17,549 nucleotides of DNA from Candidatus Sericytochromatia bacterium (lineage in GTDB: Bacteria; Cyanobacteriota; Sericytochromatia; S15B-MN24; JAQBPE01), in contig JAYKHR010000121.1 in assembly GCA_035285125.1 (NCBI GenBank), positions 1-17,549 on the forward strand. The letters run 5' to 3'. Shown here one piece after another: positions 16,290 through 17,549 of the stretch. A program made the position numbers and the translations under genes. The stretch's first letter is position 1. The number at the start of each line of letters is the position of its first letter. A model generated the notes under the pieces. It did not search any database. It was not told the origin of the DNA and saw only the letters and a program-made list of their open reading frames with translations.

Positions 16290-16363
16290 GAAGGCTTCCC
16301 GTCGCCTTGGCTGGGCCTCCGTCCCCGCTCGCGCGAGTGGGCCTTGCCCCAGGAGACCCCTCG

Positions 16364-17549
16364 ATGATCCCCGTCGCCTCCCTTGCCGCGCCCCGTGCCC
16401 TGCCGCCCGATGAGCTGCGCGCCCGCTACGAGGCGCTCGAGGCTGCCCTGCCGGATCCCGACGCCCACGTCGATGCCTGGGAGGCCTGGTACTGGCGCTG
16501 GAGCGACGTGCGCATCGAGCTGGCGGGTGAGACGTGCCGCCGCTACTTCCGCGACAGCCAGGACACCCGCGACACGGCGGCCCGAGAGGCCTGGCGCGAG
16601 ATGCGGGAGCAGCTCTCGCCGATTGCGGAGCATGCGGACGGCCAGCTGCGGAACGCGTTCCTCACGGCGAGCTGCCGGGAGGACCTCGTCGCCCGCCTCG
16701 GCGCGCAGCTTTTCGCCCGGCTCGAGCTCGACGCGGCCGCCTTCGCGCCCGAGAACGTGGCCCTGCAGGTCGAGGAAGGCGACTGCGTCAGCCGCTACGA
16801 CCACCTGCTCGGGGGGGCGCAGCTCGTGGACGGGCCCGACGTGTTGACGCTCGTGCAGGCCACGGCGCGGCTGTCGCATGCCGACGCCGGACGCCGCCGT
16901 GGGGCCTGGCAGGCCCTGGGTACCTGGTTCGCCGCTCAGGCCCCCGAGCTGCACCGGATCCTCGACGAGCTCGTCGCCCTGCGCCACCGCCAGGCCCGCC
17001 AGCTCGGCGAGGCCTCCTTCGTCCCCGTCGCCTACCGCCGCCTCGGGCGCACCGAGTATGGCCCTTCGGACGTGGCCGTCTTCCGGGAGGCCATCCGCCA
17101 GCACGTGGTGCCGCTCACGGCCGCCCTGCGGGCCCGACAGGCTCGGGATCTCGGCTTGCCGGGGCCGCTCGTGCCGGGCGCCGACATGGCCTACTACCCG
17201 GGTGGCACCCTCGGGGCCGACGCCGCCCCCGTCGCGGAGCAGACGGCGCGGGCCACCGCCCTGTTCGACCGGCTCGACGCCCGCATCGCGACCCACTGGC
17301 GGCGCATGCTGGCAGAGGGGCTGGTCGACCTCCCGAACCGCCCGGGCAAGAAGCCAGGGGCCTTCGCCATCACGCTCGACGACGAGGCGCGCGCGGTGAT
17401 CTTCTGCAACAGCACCGGCGCCGACAGCGACGTCTCCACGCTGACCCACGAGATGGGCCACGCCGTGCAGGGCTGGGAGAGCATGTGGATCCGCGCGATC
17501 GACCTGCGCTCGCCGACCATGGACGCAGCCGAGGTCCACAGCTTCGGGA
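16364..17549 (+). CDS. M3 family oligoendopeptidase (PepF-like), truncated by the right edge
   Basis: Absent from the ORF track because no stop falls in the window. ATG 16364 follows AGGAG (16351-55). In-frame DLPNRPGKKPGAF...IFCN...DVSTLTHEMGH (HExxH, 17447-61)...AEVHS. Confidence 0.92.
   Translation, partial: MIPVASLAAPRALPPDELRARYEALEAALPDPDAHVDAWEAWYWRWSDVRIELAGETCRRYFRDSQDTRDTAAREAWREMREQLSPIAEHADGQLRNAFLTASCREDLVARLGAQLFARLELDAAAFAPENVALQVEEGDCVSRYDHLLGGAQLVDGPDVLTLVQATARLSHADAGRRRGAWQALGTWFAAQAPELHRILDELVALRHRQARQLGEASFVPVAYRRLGRTEYGPSDVAVFREAIRQHVVPLTAALRARQARDLGLPGPLVPGADMAYYPGGTLGADAAPVAEQTARATALFDRLDARIATHWRRMLAEGLVDLPNRPGKKPGAFAITLDDEARAVIFCNSTGADSDVSTLTHEMGHAVQGWESMWIRAIDLRSPTMDAAEVHSFG

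Overview
A very GC-rich bacterial chromosomal window, mostly housekeeping and stress genes, with no mobile element or CRISPR array seen. In order: 5' end of ychF (-); two tandem paralogous polytopic membrane proteins (+; GT-C-like by inference), the second interrupted by an in-frame TAG although homology continues for 59 more codons; a putative operon (-) of a dGTP triphosphohydrolase and a family A DNA polymerase that lacks the 5' nuclease domain and has lost its proofreading residues; an unknown membrane protein translationally coupled to a GH13 glycosidase (+); tRNA-Lys(UUU) (-); an unannotated rod-shaped structured RNA candidate of about 135 nt (6S-like); a KGG-repeat GsiB/Em-like stress protein; gatA-gatB; a GT2 glycosyltransferase; RNase D (-); and an M3 oligoendopeptidase running off the right end. 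The best leads are the dgt plus proofreading-dead PolA pair (possibly under a SigB/SigF-type promoter), the 6S-like RNA, and the amber-interrupted membrane-protein duplicate. All calls come from reading motifs by eye; no searches were run.
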